Assembly: GCF_004010195.1 (NCBI RefSeq)
Contig: NC_057711.1
Coordinates: 72,846,878 to 72,894,983, forward strand
From: Chiloscyllium plagiosum
Taxonomy: Eukaryota
DNA length: 48,106 bases
Reading direction: 5' to 3'
Both the position numbers and the translations under genes were made by a program. The notes under the pieces were generated by a model. The model did not search any database and was not told where the DNA came from. It saw nothing but the letters and a program-made list of their open reading frames with translations. The stretch's first letter is position 1. Every line of letters starts with the position of its first letter. Shown in pieces: positions 22,991 to 36,094 of the stretch.

Positions 22991-25469
22991 TTATTCAAAG
23001 TGGCGATAAACAATAGGGGATGCCTAAGGCACGAGGGTTGAACAGGGTAATGGTCCATGGCATTGCCTACCCTTACAGAATTGATGTAATTCTGCATCGC
23101 ACCACAAAATATTTGGATTCCTTGACCTAAACACTGAAATGGTACAATCAAAACAAACCCAGATTACTGACTCTTTTCTCATAAGTTAAATTTTGGAACT
23201 GTCATTGCCTCCTCTCTATACACTCTCAAGACAATAGTGGATGATATCACAAATAGAACCTGACAAGGCAATAAAGTGACCTTTTTTAATCAGTATCTTA
23301 TTTTTCCTTGCCCTTTTTATTGCACCTCAGCAATGTGCTGACACTTTCATAGATTCATCTGCAATAACCCATAAATCTCATGGACTTTCTCCTGCCTGAA
23401 AAGTTCCAAGCAATCATCACCCTAGCTTCTGCTTTGAAATCAATTTTCTATCCAACACTTTCCACTGTCACCTATTCCATAACTGTTTACAGCAATACAA
23501 GTCACCTTAACAACTCAGATCGTTTTCTGAATTGCTTTCATTGAAACATGATATGGTATCCCATGGTCTGTATTCACCCCATTTGTACTTTCAGCTGGAT
23601 TGCGAGACTGATGGCAAAATTAGAGCAGAAGTGTATTTACAGGATTGATGTATACGTAGTTGTTCAGGTGTCATGTTCACAAGCTTGTTGTTAAAAGAGA
23701 GAGCTTAGCCAGAATAAAAAAAAGCTCCAATGATAACTATCACTAGTGATGGCTATTTAAACAGTGCATTCCTCTTGTAAGGAGAGAACACAAGCACACA
23801 TGACAAGGTGATGTTTCCTGTCTTATGGACTAGAAACCATTACATTGAAGTGTGGCCTAACAAGAAACCAGTTAGTGCTCCACAATTCAAGCCTTTACTA
23901 TCGGCATCAAGTCCCAGTCACATAAGCAAAAGCCAATCTGCAATCTTCCTGCAGGTCTCGTGCTCAGCTGTTCAAATGAGCAGGTTACAATTGGAACCAA
24001 AGAGGAAGGCAATAGGTTCTAGAGAAGAAACAGGTCTCACTTTAAGAATTCTACCCCACAACTACCCTCAAAGGTTTGATCAGACAATGGAAATTCCAAT
24101 TAGCTCCATAGATTTTAAAGGGATATGAGTTTTTTTCTTTAAATCGATGAAAGGAATAGATTCTGGATTCTTTGTTTGGTTTATATAGTGCAGGGAGAAT
24201 TAAGGAGTAGCATAATAAAGGTTTTAAAAGGGCCAAAAATGCAGAGGAGGTAGATTTGTTTCAGGTCTTTCAAAAGGAACTGAATGAACTCAAGTTTGAT
24301 TTTTAAAAAATGGGTCCAGCAATCACCTAATGTTAACAATTACTTCCATCCTCTGGAGTTTGCTTGGTTACACCTTTGGTTGTAAAGATATTTCCAGAAT
24401 TTATTGATCAAAGATTTTTTTTCCCTCTCTTTTCCTTTGTTGCTATTCCAAGGAGATTGTGTGACTGAGGAGTGGATTGATGTGCACAAAGACTAAACCT
24501 TGCCTGCAAAGGTCAGACTGGATGGATCAGTGATCTTTTTTGTATGTTCGGAATTAATAGGCAGCATCAACTTTCAATGTAAATTGACCTGCCTGTATTT
24601 ATTTCCATACAGATTTGATGCTTGAACTGAAGTCATTAGCTCTGATGGTTTTTGTCTGTCAAACAGCAAATAGCCTTTTCTTTTAAAGGGTGACATCATG
24701 CCTTACATCTATTGTGTTAAGGGCCAATATATGAGCCAATTTGGAAGCAAATACTATTGTTTCGTTTAGGGAGGGAGAAAATACAGAAAACAGCTGGTCA
24801 CAGTGGCATGAATTTGTGTGGTACCACCTCCAGCTTAATGACAAAGATGAATTTGCTATTTAATGTAGCGTTAATGTACAACAAAATAATTACTGATAAA
24901 ATAGCTTCCAGGGAAATATATTTATCTGGTAACTTGAGTAGCAATCATAGGAGAGAATTAATCATTTTATCATGTATTAGGTTCAACTTTCTGCATTACA
25001 GCAATTATACTCTCCTTTTTTTGGCTTGCTGTATGAATTTAATGTAACAAAATGGTCAAAAGTATTGTTTTGGAAGATCCTGTTCTGAATCTTGATGGAA
25101 ATGGCTTTTCGATGAAATCTTCCTTGTCCAATCCTACAGAGTATGTGAGATCTTTGTTTGTGAGTTAGGTTTTACCAGACATTTTCTTCAAGATTATATC
25201 TAAATAAGTTCAAATCCTGCCAAAGATTGTGATTTTCCTAGCATCAATCCTGGACACAAGATTATATTGCAATCCACTTTAAATTCATCATATATATATT
25301 ATATGCTCAAATGATCATGAGCACTATCTATTCTGAAAACTCTTAAGTAGTTTTCAAGTTGAATTGTAACAAAATGCGATATACATAAAAGAATAATTTA
25401 GATCATTACATATGCTTATACGTAATCAAGGCTGCGGACATTATTTAAGGCCTGTATTTGCACCAAGAA

Positions 25470-25768
25470 TTAGATTCGATTCCCTACAGTGTGGGAACAG
25501 GCCCTTCAGCCCAACAAGTCCACACCGACCCTCTGAAGAGCAACCCACCCAGACCCATTCCCCTACACCACGGGCAATTTAGCATGACCAATTCACCTAA
25601 CCTGTACATTTTTGGACTGTGGGAGGAAACCGGAGCACCCGGAGGAAACCCACGCAGACACTGGGAGAATGTGCAAACTCCACACAGACAGTTGCCTGAA
25701 GCTGGAATTGAACCCAGGTCTCTGGTGCTGTGAGGCAGCAGTGCTAACCACTGTGCCACCATGCCACC
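25470..25768 (-). mobile_element. HE1-type tRNA-derived SINE
   Basis: Minus strand GGCATGGTGGCACAGTGGTTAGCACTGCTGCCTCACAGC...GGTTCAATTCC (A and B boxes); tail ACTGTAGGGAATC. Confidence 0.9.
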
Positions 25769-26098
25769 CATAATTATATTTTGCATAATTATATAACTGT
25801 AAGGAAGGGTATTTCTGACTAGAAATGATATGATGTTAATATATGAACACAATATATTTGTAAAGCATTTATCTTCTTACAGCATCAAGTTGATATCAAG
25901 TTGAAGAAAAGGAGGTCAAAGGCTTCCTTGTTGTTTGTAACTAATGCAGACTCAAAAGAAATCTGGTATTTTTTAACCTATGTTTTACGGCATGAACTTG
26001 AGAGTGCACGATCAGCTTGCTATTGATATACAGACAATAGTTACTGGTTGCTTGCATGTGCCAAGTCAACTGGCCAAAAGTCAACATTAGTAAAACTG

Positions 26099-26208
26099 CT
26101 ACCAAAACGGAAGTAGCTGCGAAAGCTCAGCAAGTCTTGCAGCATCTGTGGAGAGAAATTAGTTAATGTTTCAGGTCCAGTAATCCTTCCTCAGAGCTCA
26201 GTAACCTC
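26099..26208 (-). mobile_element. Penelope-like end with degenerate hammerhead; TSD AGTAAAACTG
   Basis: Minus strand AGCT-CTGAGGA-AGGATTACTGGACCT-GAAACATT-AACT. AGTAAAACTG occurs on both flanks. Confidence 0.7.
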
Positions 26209-27629
26209 AGTAAAACTGATCTAAGGTGAGAGAAATCATACGTTCACCCTCTCAACAGATATCCTGTGAGACTTATAGGGAAGCGAGCCCTCATGTCACA
26301 ATGTCTAAAGTTAAAAGTCTTGTTTTGATTCTTGTAAAGAACGGAGAATTATATTTGGGTGAAATTCAGTACCTGCAAAGTCATATGCCAACAGAATTCA
26401 TTGCCTTTAGTCAACGAAGGAAAGAGAGAGAAAACGGGTTGGGAAATACAATTTAGCAGAATCACAATAGCATTATTTCAGGTAGATATTATGGAAGCAG
26501 TCTTGTCTTTAGAAATCTTTCCCAGTTACTACATGTTATTGTCAATTCAGGTCTGTTTGTCACAAATTTGTCCACCGTTACTTGATTTACATTTTGCCTG
26601 TTTTAGATAACATTTGATCATTTCAGTGGTTTGATTCCATTTTAAAGGAACTATGATAGTGATAATCTGCACAAACTGTATCTAAATTATTCTCGTCTTT
26701 CTGTTAGCTGTATAAGCCTTTAAATCGACAATGTTATAGAAATAAGAACACGTCACATTCAATAATACTGTACTTGCATAAAATCCAGATATAGCTTTGA
26801 AAAGTCATCGCAGTAGCATCTTAATAGGAAGTGATTTTTCACCATGAATTCAATTGTGAGTTTCGTTACATGTGTCTATTTATCAGCTTGATTGGTTTTA
26901 TAAACTGACACCTGGTTGATGGTCAATCCATTATTTGAGGCTGACTATTGAATGGATTTGTTGCTCCAACCAAATACCTTATGATCTGATCAGCTCCTGT
27001 ATTACAGTGCAAAGCATACCACAGCATCCTGTGAAGATGAAAAAATAAAACCAGACGGCATAGAAGTAAGATTTGTAGATGCATAAAAATACAATTTATC
27101 ACCTGAGCTACCTAGAAGCGTCATGCAAGCAAGAGACAATCCATGGCAATATGCAAGTTAAATTAAGTTTTTTTCTCTTCATTTTGATTATTACTAAAGG
27201 CACAACACCGAGAGATACAAGGAGCTGATTATATAGATTCATTTGACAGTAAGTTAATACAACAAACTAATGATATTGCAGCAGTGGCCAGTTAGGTGAT
27301 GTCTTGTACCAATCAGAGATTGGTATTTTATCAAGCGTTCACAATATATATTTTTCAACAGATTGGAATTTGTGAAAGATTATGCAGTCCCATCCTACAA
27401 TTTATCCTGTGATTAGAATGAGTCTGAATGTTTGCACTGAACTCCACAAAGCATAAGAATAAAGCTTATGGCCTACATGTATTTAATATTGGAAACTGCA
27501 GTAGCAGTGCAGCCTTGTTAGCCAGGTTTGTAGCAACCAATATCAATTATAATCATTAAACAAATAATTTGACAATTGAAAATGATCATCCAAAATGAGC
27601 AGCAATTTATGAAACACAGACAAATATTA

Positions 27630-28505
27630 CTCTGTCAAGATAACACCAAGATGAGTAGAGGGACAGGTGGGTTTGAAGAGGTAGGGAGGCTACAGAAGGA
27701 ATTGGACAGGCCAGGGGAGCAACAAAGATGTGGCAGATGAAATACAATGTGGAAAATTGTGAGAATATGCACTTTGTTAGGAAGATAGAGGCTTAGACTA
27801 TTTTCTAAATGGGGAAAGACTTTGGAAATCTGATGGAGTCCTGGTTAAGGTTAACAGACAGATTCAACTTGTGGATAGAAAGGCAAATGCAATGTTAGTA
27901 TTATTTTTAACAAGTTGAGAACACGAGAGCAAGATGTACACTGAGGCTGTACAAAGCTGTGGTTGGACAGCATTTGAAATATTGTTAGCAGTTTTAGGCC
28001 CCATATCTAAGGAAGAATGCTGGTCTTGGTCCAGAAGAGATTTATAAGAATGATCCTGACGATGAAGGATTTGTCATATGAGAAGCAATTGAGGAGTCTG
28101 GATTATTACTCAATGAAGTTTAGAAGGATGAGGGGAGAATCTCATTGAAACTTATAGAATACTGAGATGCCTGGATAGAGTGGATGTGGAAAAGATGTTT
28201 CCACTGGTTAGACACTAGGACCCGAGGGCATAGCCTCAGAGCGAAGGCATAACTCTTTAAGACTGAGACAAGGAAGAACTTTTTCAGCCAGAGAGTGGTG
28301 AATCTGTGGAACTCATTGCCATAGAAGGCTGTGGAGGGCAAGTCACTGAATGTATTTAAGACATAGATAGATAGGTTCTTGATAAAGGGGTTTTTGGTTA
28401 TGGGAAGAAGGCAGGAGAATGGGGTTGAGAAACATATCAGCCATGATCGAATAGTGGAGCAGACTCAATGGGCTGAATAATCAAATTCTGCTCCTTTGTG
28501 TTATG
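27630..28505 (+). mobile_element. CR1 LINE 3' fragment
   Basis: Decayed WQMKYNVENCENMHF and FFSQRVVNLWNSLP; 3' UTR GGAGCAGACTCAATGGGCTGAAT. Confidence 0.85.
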
Positions 28506-28686
28506 GTTGAAGACACTGTTTTCATTAACCAAAACCTGAGTCATTACCTCACTTGTCTAAGAAATCCTTTGTTCATATGCTTTCTGCCCATAGGGGTGCA
28601 GTCCCCTGGGAATATTTTGTTTTTGTTTGACATTTCTCCTCCTTCACCATCATTCGGTCACACTGCTCCATCATCTTCTTTATAAA

Positions 28687-28781
28687 TGAACATTCACTGC
28701 CAATATTAGCAAATTACTGTTGTTTTATTACCAGTAATGATATAACAGTAGTAATTTGCTAATATTGGCAGTGAATGTTCA
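28687..28781. repeat. Perfect 32-bp inverted repeat forming a 95-nt hairpin
   Basis: TGAACATTCACTGCCAATATTAGCAAATTACT (28687-28718) is the exact reverse complement of 28750-28781, and the spacer is partly self-complementary. Confidence 0.95.
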
Positions 28782-30230
28782 AGACCATTTGTTTTGAACA
28801 TTCACTGCAAATTCACTCTGGATTGTGAAGAAAATGGCAGACTGGGAGCAGGAAGTTAAGCAAACCAAGGAAGCTGCAAAGTTGGAGTGAGGGAGGCTTC
28901 GCCAGAGTGAACCTGAGACAGAGGGAGCAACTGATAATTTGGTTCAATTTGGGAATTCAAGGCAGAGGGGGCAAAGAGGTTTTTTTTTAAAGTAAGGTCT
29001 ACTTCAAGAAATAAAATCTCTAGAGTGAGAGATGAGAAGGAAAGAAAAAGGCATGTATGTGAAACCTACTTGTACTGAGACCATTAGCAGAGTGATATCA
29101 CAAGTGCAGAGGAAGCAGCTGAATAGGTTAGATTGTTAATCCTAAATTTAAAAGTGGATGTTGGCCATTTAGTTTGTGTTTAAGTTTGTAGATATTTATT
29201 TTCTGACTCTTTTTCTCAGAAACAATTTGTTAGATTTTTCAAGAAAGTCCAAACTTATTCTCAGGATAACAAATGGTGATTAGATTTACAGAATGGCAGG
29301 TCAGAAGGACCAAGTAGAGTGGACATCCTGCAGTATGTGCGAAAAAATGTACATACTATGTTCCAGACAAACACATCTGTAGGAAGTGTCACTGGCTGCG
29401 CAAGTGTGAGCTCTAGAGTTTAGAACTTGGCTGGAGTCACTCACTGTTATGCATGCATGAGGGAAAGGACTATGTGGATAGCACATATAGCCAGGTTGTC
29501 ACACTGCAGCTACACAGGCAGAGAGGACATGGTGACTACCAGACAGGTAATGCAGAAATCCCATGAGTCTATGGTGCTTGCTATTCAGTATTATTTTTGG
29601 AAATTAGTGATGTTCCTTTAGAATTACAGCCAGGGCCAAGGCCATCACACTACAGACAAGTCAGCTGTACAGTGGAGGAGGAGGAAGAAGAATGGAAGAG
29701 CAGTGGTCACAGGGAATTCCACAGTCATAGATTATAGTCATAGTTCCGTAGTGTGGCAGTAGACCTGACTCGAGGATGGTGTGTTGTGTCATGGTGGAGT
29801 TGCAGAAGATGCTTCTGGGGAGTGGAATCAGCCAGAGGTTGTGGTCCACATTGTACCAATGACATAGGGAGGAAAAAGGATGAGGTTCTGAAGGCAAATT
29901 TCTGGAAGTTAGCATAAAATATTTTAAAAACAGGACTTCAAGATTTGTGGTCTCAGGTTTACTCCCAGTGCACCAGGCTAGTGAGCATAAAAGCAAGAAG
30001 CTTGATTGATTGAAGATATGGTTGGAGAACAGGTGCAGAAGAGAAAGCATCTGATTTCTGAGGAACTTGGACTAGTTCTGGGTCGGGTGGGAGCAGTACA
30101 AGCTGAACAGGTTACATCTTAACAAGTCTGGGACTTGCACCAAGGTTTATTAGTGAGATTAAACTAACTAATCATGGAATAGGAACCAGAGAGGTAACCC
30201 AAATTGGAAAGAAGTGAAGTTAGTAAAGAT

Positions 30231-30453
30231 AAAGTTGCCATAATCCTATTGGACCATCGGGCTGCTCTCTCATTAGAGAGAGATGACTGATGGTGGTTTA
30301 TTTCAAGGAATAGCATGCCTCAGGCAAGGGACAAGTTTGAGAAGGAGAGTCCTTTTGTGGTAAGCACAGTTGGTGCAGGAATCAAAGCTCCCACTGTTGG
30401 CATTGCTCTGTATTGCAAGCCAGTCATCCAGCTAACTGAGCTAACCGACCCCC
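30231..30453 (-). mobile_element. tRNA-derived SINE nested in CR1
   Basis: The minus strand begins GGGGTCGGTTAGCTCAGTTAGCTGG (A-box-like) and continues through a B-box remnant and a CCTGAGGC core. Confidence 0.65.
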
Positions 30454-31034
30454 AAAAGTTGATAACTTGAAGTCAAGAGGATGCTATGAACACTAGAAGG
30501 CAGGAGAAAGAAAACTAAGCATTGAGTATGCTTTGAAAGAAGATTGATATCAAAAAGACAAAGTTAAGGGCACTCCACCAGAACATACACAGCATTCACA
30601 AGAAAGTGGAAGATCTAACGGCACAAATAAAGATACATAGGTTTGATCAATTTGCCATATCAGAAACATGGTTGCATAGTGGCCTATGAACAGGACTGGG
30701 AACAGAATATTCAAGGATAGTTAATGTTTAAGAAAGGCAGGCAATAAGGAAGAATAATGTGTGTAATCTATTGGGGTGGAGCTCAGAAGCAACAAGGAGC
30801 AACAGACATTAGTTGGAGTTATTCATAAGCCGCCAAACAATAGTGATGGTTGAATGGAGTGTGGTATTAATCGGGAAATGAGAAAAGCATGGAGCATGGA
30901 CAATACAGTCATCATGGGTGACTTCAGTCTACCAACATACTGGGTAAACCAATTATGCTCTAAAGCTGTGAAGAACGAGTTTCTGAGGTATCTAATAGAT
31001 GGTTCTCTATAGCAGTATATTGAGCCAATTAGAG

Positions 31035-31261
31035 TTGAAACTTTATTGCTGGAACAGCACAGCAGGTCAGGCAGCATCCAGGGAACAGGAGATTCGACGT
31101 TTCGGGCACAGGCCCTTCTTCAGGAATGAGCAGAGAGTGTTCAGCAGGAGAAGATAAAAGGTAGGGAGGAGGGACTTGGAGGAGGGGCGTTGGAAATGTG
31201 ATAGATCAGCAGGAGAAGACAAAAGGTAGGGAGGAGGGACTTGGAGGAGGGGCGTTGGAAA
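31035..31261 (-). mobile_element. Young Penelope-like terminal insertion with 14-bp TSD and internal ~58-bp tandem duplication
   Basis: TSD TGAGCCAATTAGAG at 31021-31034 and 31262-31275. The first 88 bp are identical to the minisatellite-embedded copies. Confidence 0.9.
31092..31127 (-). ncRNA. Minimal type-I hammerhead ribozyme (Penelope-associated)
   Basis: ATTC-CTGAAGA-A-GGGC-CTGT-GCCC-GAAAC-GTC-GAAT: stem I ATTC/GAAT, core CUGANGA and GAAA, stem II GGGC/GCCC, palindromic ACGT stem III, GUC cleavage triplet. Confidence 0.85.
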
Positions 31262-31318
31262 TGAGCCAATTAGAGGTCAAGCTTTTTTAGATCCAGTATT
31301 ATGTAATGAAAAAGGGGT

Positions 31319-32704
31319 AGAGTCAAAGAGTCATAGAGATGTACAGCACGGAAACAGACCCTTCGGTCCAACTCATCCATGCCTACCCGATATCCAAGCT
31401 CAAACTTGACTTACCTGCCAGCACCTGACCCATATCCCTCCAAACCCTTCCTATTCATATACCCACCCAGATGGCTTTTAAATGTTGCAATTGTACTAGC
31501 CTCCACAACTTCCATTGGCAGCTCATTCCATACACATACCACCCTCTGCATGAAAATGTTGCCCCTTAGGTCTCTTTTATATCATTCCCCTCTCATCCTA
31601 AACCTATGCCCTCTAGTTCTGGACTCCCTGACCCCAGGCAAAAGACTGTTGTCTATTTATCCTATCCATTCCCCACCCCAGGCAAAAGACTGTTGTCTAT
31701 TTATCCTATCCATTCCCCTCATAATTTTGTAAACCTCTACAAGGTCACCCCTCAGCCTCCGATGCACTGGAAAAACAGCCCCAACCAATTCAGCCTCTCC
31801 GTATACCTCAAATCCTCCAACCCTGGCAACATCCTTGTAAATCTTTTCTGAACCCTTTCAAGTTTCACAATATCCTTCCGATAGGAAGGAGAGCAGAATT
31901 GCACGCAATATTCCAATAGTGGCCTAACCAATGTCCTGGACAGCCGAAGCATGATCTCTCAACCCCTATACTCAGTACTCTGACCAATAAAGGAAAGCAT
32001 ATCAAACTCCTTCCTCACTATCCTATCTACCTGCGACTCCACTTTCAAGGAACCTGCACTCCAAGGTCTCTTTGTTCAGCAACACTCCCTAGGACCTTGC
32101 CATTAAGTATGTAAGTTCTGCTAAGATTTGTTTTCCCAAAGTAAAGCATCTCACATTTATCTGAATTAAACTCCATCTGCCACTTCTCAGCCCATTGGCC
32201 CATCTGGTCAAGATCCCGTTGTAATCTGAGGTAATCTTCTTCGCTGTCCACCACATCTTCAATTTTGGTGTCATCTGCAAACGTACTAACTATACTTCTT
32301 ATGCTCACATCCAAATCATTTATATAAATGACGGGAAAGTAGTGGACCCAACACAAATCTTTGTGGCACTCCACTGGTCACAGGTCTCTAGTCTGAAAAA
32401 CAACCCTCCACCACCACCCTCTGTCTTCTACCTTTGAGCCAGTTCTGTATCCAAATGGCTAGTTCTCCCTATATTACATGAGGTCTAACCTTGCTCACCA
32501 GTCTCCCATGGGGAACCGTATCGAACGCCTTACTGAAATCTATATAGATATAGTCTACTGCTCTGCCCTCATCAATCCTCTTTGTTATTTCCTCAAAAAA
32601 CTCAATCAAGTTTGTGAGACATGACTTCCCATGTAGAAAGCCATGTTGACTATTCCTAATCAGTCCTTGCCTTCCCAAATACATGTATATCCTATCCCTC
32701 AGGA
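31319..32704 (-). mobile_element. Young CR1 (RT domain to 3' end) nested antisense in the old CR1
   Basis: QHGFLHGKSCLTNLIEFFEE...YIDFSKAFDTVPH, IYINDLD...FADDTKI and LVRPLLEYCVQF; AGAGTCATAGAG tail; 44-bp local duplication at ~31631-31718. Confidence 0.95.
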
Positions 32705-34559
32705 TAATTAATAATCTTGTAAAAGAACATTTAAGAATGTGTGACCACAACATGATAGAATTTTACATTATGTTTGAAAGTGAGGTAGTTCAATTTGAAG
32801 CAAGGATGATAAATAGCTGATGTACACTGGGAAAATACATTAAAAGTCATGATTGCACATAAGCAATGGCTCATAAAGAACTTGATTCACAGCAACTGTA
32901 CATTCCTCCAAGGTGCAAAATCTTAAGAAAAGTTAGTCAAACATTATTGCCAAAGTAAGTTCAGAATTGTATAAGATTAAAAGAAAAGGCCTATAATGTT
33001 GCAAGAAATAGCAGCAATTCTGAGGATTGGTAGGTTGATAGAATACACCAAAGAAGTGCCAAGAAACTGATAAGGGAAAAGAGTATAGAATATAAAATCA
33101 ATCTAGCAAAAGACCTGAAATAGATTGTAAAAACTTCTTCAGATCCTTGAAAAGGAAGTAATTGGCTAAAATGAAGGTGGGTCCTTTCCAGGCAGAGTTA
33201 TGAAAATTTATCATGAAGAACAGAGAAATGGCAGAGAAGTGAAATTATTACTTTGTGCCTATTTTCATTGAGGAAGATACACAAAATCTCCCAGACTAGA
33301 GCTTTAAGTGACTTGGAGAGATGGGGAACTGAAATAAATTAGCATTGGTAAGAAGATTATACTGGATAAATTAATGGGATTGAAAGCTGATAAACCCCAA
33401 GGACCTGAGGTTCTACATTCCAGAGAATTGAAGGAGGTGGCAATAGAGATGACCAATAATGATTTTCTTTCAAAATTCTATAGATTCTAGAATGGTCCCT
33501 GTGCAATGAAAGGTAGCAAAGGACACCCACTATTTAAGAAGGAAGTGAAACTTAAAACAAGGAACTACAGACCTATTAGCCTTACATCAGTCATAGGAAA
33601 ATGCTGGTATCTATTATAAGAATTGGCTAAATTGACACCAGGTTGATGTGTTCCTAATTAGACATATCAGCATGGATTTCTAAATGGGAAATCAATTTTG
33701 ATGAACATGTGGATGTTTTTTGAAGATGTTGCTAACAAAACTGATAAAGGAGGTGTGATGGATGTAGTATTCTTATATTTTCAGATGGCTTTCAATAAAG
33801 CAAGCTAGTTAGAAAAATTAAAGCACATTGGACAGGATGGAGTATATTGGCATTGGTTAAAGACTGCCTGAAAAACAGAAAACAATTGAAATAAATATAA
33901 ATTCTCACATTGGCAGTCTGTGTCTGCTGAGGATACCACAAAGATCAATACATATGCTCCAGGTATGCACAATGGATTTCAAGGATATTTGAGTTGCCGA
34001 CCAAGTATAACATTTTCAAACTTGTGTATGATATAAAGACAAGTGGAAATTGAAATAACTCCATTAAAGCCAGTTTCCGTCACCAATTCATCATTTATTT
34101 ACAAGTGCACAGTGTATGACACAGACCCTGATAGCTCAGAGTCAACTCCCAGAATGAACAGTACCCCTGACACTCCTGTTTCTATCTAGTCAGCCAACAC
34201 TCTTTGATTGGACCAGATTAACAGCATTGGCTGACCTCATTCCAGTCTTACAGAGAGTGGGGTTGGGAGGTCTAGCATTTTCAAAGCACTTGGACAAAAT
34301 TTGTGAATGGACTAGGACATAGCAGATGGAATAGAACTTGGAAAAATGTGAAGTTTCCCACTTTAGTAACAGATGGTGAAACAGATGCGTTGAGTATTTC
34401 TTGAGTGGTAAGAAGTTGGAAAATATAGATATTCAAAGGGATATAGGAAGATTAATTGAATTTCAGCACTTTATTGCAAGATGCTTTGAGTACAAGAATA
34501 GTGAAGTCTTACTTCAGATGTATCGATGCATGTTTAGACTGCTGCTGGAGTTTGTTTAT

Positions 34560-34880
34560 CCACTCGAGGGCAATGTGAGCACCACTTGTTAGGCCAATAT
34601 TTATCTCCTAAATTGCCCAGAGGAAAGTTAAGAATCAAACATATTACAGGGGGTCTGCAGTCACATGTAAGCAAGACCAGGTGAGGATGACAGATTTCCT
34701 TCCCTAAAGGGCATTGCTGAACCAGGTAAGTTATTTTCCTGACATCATGAGACTCTTAATTCCAGATTTTTATTGAATTAAAATTTCATCATCTGTCATG
34801 GTGGGATTCAAACCCAGGGCCCCAGAACATTACTTGGGTAACTGGCATACATGTCCAGTGACAATACCACTAGGCCTTCA
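34560..34880 (-). mobile_element. SINE nested in CR1
   Basis: GGGATTCAAACCC (B-box on the minus strand) and ACCACTAGGCC head; interrupts the CR1 coding sequence between LLLE and CAV. Confidence 0.6.
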
Positions 34881-36094
34881 CCTGCTCCTCCTGTGCAGTT
34901 TTTTTCTCTGTGTGTTTTGGTCTCCTTATCTCAGGAAATATACTATTGCCACAGAGGAAGTGCAATGAAGATTTGCTCCCAAGATGGTGGGTCTGTCCTA
35001 TGAAAAGAAGTTCAGTAAACCAAGCCTATATTTTCTAGTTACTTGAAGAATAAAACTGACCTCACTGATCCTTACAAAATATGTATAAGGATAGATGAGG
35101 GAGATGTAGGTAAATGTTTCCCCAATCAGAAAGTCTCAAAAGACAATTTAAAAATAAGGGGGATGCTACTGACGTCCGAGATGAGGTGAAATTACTTCAC
35201 TCAGGGGGTTGCGAACCTTTGGAATTCTCCACCACAGATGGCTGCAGATGCTTAATTTTTAATTGCATTTAGGGTATAGATGATAGATTTCTGATTACAG
35301 TGGCATCAGGGTTATGGGGATGGGTGGGTAAAAGGCATTGAAGTGTTTAATCAGGCAGGATCATGTTGAATGGGAGGGAAGGCTAGATGGTCTGAATGGC
35401 CTACTGTTGTTCCTTTGAGCCTGGAAATAGCATAAAAGACATGAAACATGAAACATAATACATGAAACTATTTATTTAATGACTATAATTCCTTGTAACA
35501 ATTTAAACATTAGGCTGGCATATTATGGTCAGTCTAAAAGAGTGGTGCTTATCGTTTACTACACTGACAACTACCCATTGAGTTTTCAAGGCTTTTGACT
35601 GTAAATTTGCTGTCATTAGGTATTTATGGTATTTGTGTGCATAGCAAAATAGTGAGGAGTACTTCAATCAGATTGAAGAATTTTCACTGAGGCATGCAGT
35701 GTTGAATTGTTTTATTTTCTGACCCTTCAGGAGTGAGGGACATGAACATCATGGAGAGACCAGAAATCACAGTTGCCAAGTAGCCCCCTCAGGGTTTCAA
35801 CTCCCAATGTAAGAGCATCAATCGGTTAGATGCCAAGCCTGATTGACTGGTTTTCAGCTGCAGATCACATTACCAGGTCAACCCATGTTATTGAGCAGGA
35901 GAGGGATTGTTGGTGAGCGACCAATTCTGTTGGTCCAAAGGGGACATCAGAGGCCTGAATGGAGAGTGGTCAAGTAGAGAGACCTGGGGTGCTTGGGAAC
36001 TGAGTGATAACAGAAGTGGAGATGTGGGGGATTTGTAGACCTTCAGGGCTGTGGTTAAAGGCCTGTGAGGAAATCAGGGGTCTGAAGCCAGAGT

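Larger units (their letters stand above)
28825..35420 (+). mobile_element. Near full-length ancient CR1 LINE (5' UTR, ORF1 zinc-finger/esterase, ORF2 EN-RT, 3' UTR) with nested insertions
   Basis: Collinear remnants: ATG 29293 with CxxC/CRKC zinc-finger remnants; esterase-like region 29780-30130; ISETWL (30657); TVIMGDF (30905); LKADKPQGP (33381); NYRPISLTSVIGK (33563); WQMExNxxKC-like (34320); FTQGVANLWNS (35196); 3' tail at 35390-35420. Confidence 0.85.

Noticed and set aside
25690..25768. tRNA genes (also ~17220-17310 and ~30370-30453)
   Set aside because: The A/B boxes are SINE heads continuous with SINE bodies, and there is no full cloverleaf.
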